57,723 bases of DNA from an uncultured Candidatus Saccharibacteria bacterium (GTDB lineage: Bacteria > Patescibacteriota > Minisyncoccia > 2-02-FULL-40-12 > GWA2-44-9): NCBI GenBank assembly GCA_964444955.1, contig CAYUJB010000003.1:1-57723 (forward strand), given 5' to 3'. The translations under genes and the position numbers were made by a program. The notes under the pieces are model-generated. The model saw nothing but the letters and a program-made list of their open reading frames with translations, made no database searches and was not told where the DNA came from. Numbering within the stretch: the first letter of the stretch is position 1; each line of letters opens with the position of its first letter. Positions 56,026-57,723 of the stretch are shown one piece after another.

Positions 56026-56057
56026 AATAAAACCCCACCCAAAGGTGGAGTTTTATT
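56026..56057. terminator. Terminator downstream of 16S rRNA
   Basis: aataaaac(c)ccacc/ggtgg(a)gttttatt inverted repeat. Confidence 0.65.
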
Positions 56058-56266
56058 GTTTCTAATCTTACACAGTCAATTAGTTTCAGGGTATGTTTTA
56101 GTTCGATATACCATTAAGAACTCCGATTTCGCTGTCGGACCCAGCATAGCTCGTACGTCCAGAAATAATTAATTAATAATTATCAATTAAAACTTCCTGA
56201 CGTACACCCTATATCGACTTCTTTTACCTTTCCCAAACTTCTCTCTACGCGAAGTAGAAAGAATAG

Positions 56267-57723
<1,457 letters not shown>

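Overview
A 57.7 kb chromosomal window from a Patescibacteria (CPR, Parcubacteria-like) genome. The assignment rests on the divergent unlinked 16S rRNA, the lepB-hisS-like-rpsU-yqeY-ybeY-ftsA-ftsZ-nrdJ gene order, split transketolase and CPR-type pilins. Core genes (rpsL, rpmB, ndk, comEC, nrdJ, ftsZA, pth, copA, rmuC, tkt, gap, rnhB) alternate with singly inserted orphan genes. The main candidate for an undescribed system lies at 29850-44471: a tyrosine/aromatic ammonia-lyase, a PaaK-type adenylating ligase, an Rv1355c-type ThiF enzyme and a nitroreductase-fold protein sit directly upstream of a 7TM histidine kinase, a stand-alone receiver and a type IV pilus operon whose PilB ATPase carries its own receiver domain. 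I infer a small-molecule signal circuit wired to the pilus motor; this is untested. Other notable items: an ORF-less group II intron in 16S whose splice junction is supported by a 9-nt EBS match; a promoter- and terminator-bounded structured ncRNA candidate of about 235 nt; five copies of a 20-bp palindromic element, two inside genes and one inside a tRNA fragment; two tRNA loci surrounded by copies of their own fragments; a catalytically degenerate HisRS paralogue; and Cys-rich exported proteins interleaved in the gap-tkt operon. I saw no CRISPR array, integrase, transposase or reverse transcriptase. All family assignments come from motifs read by eye; no database search was run.
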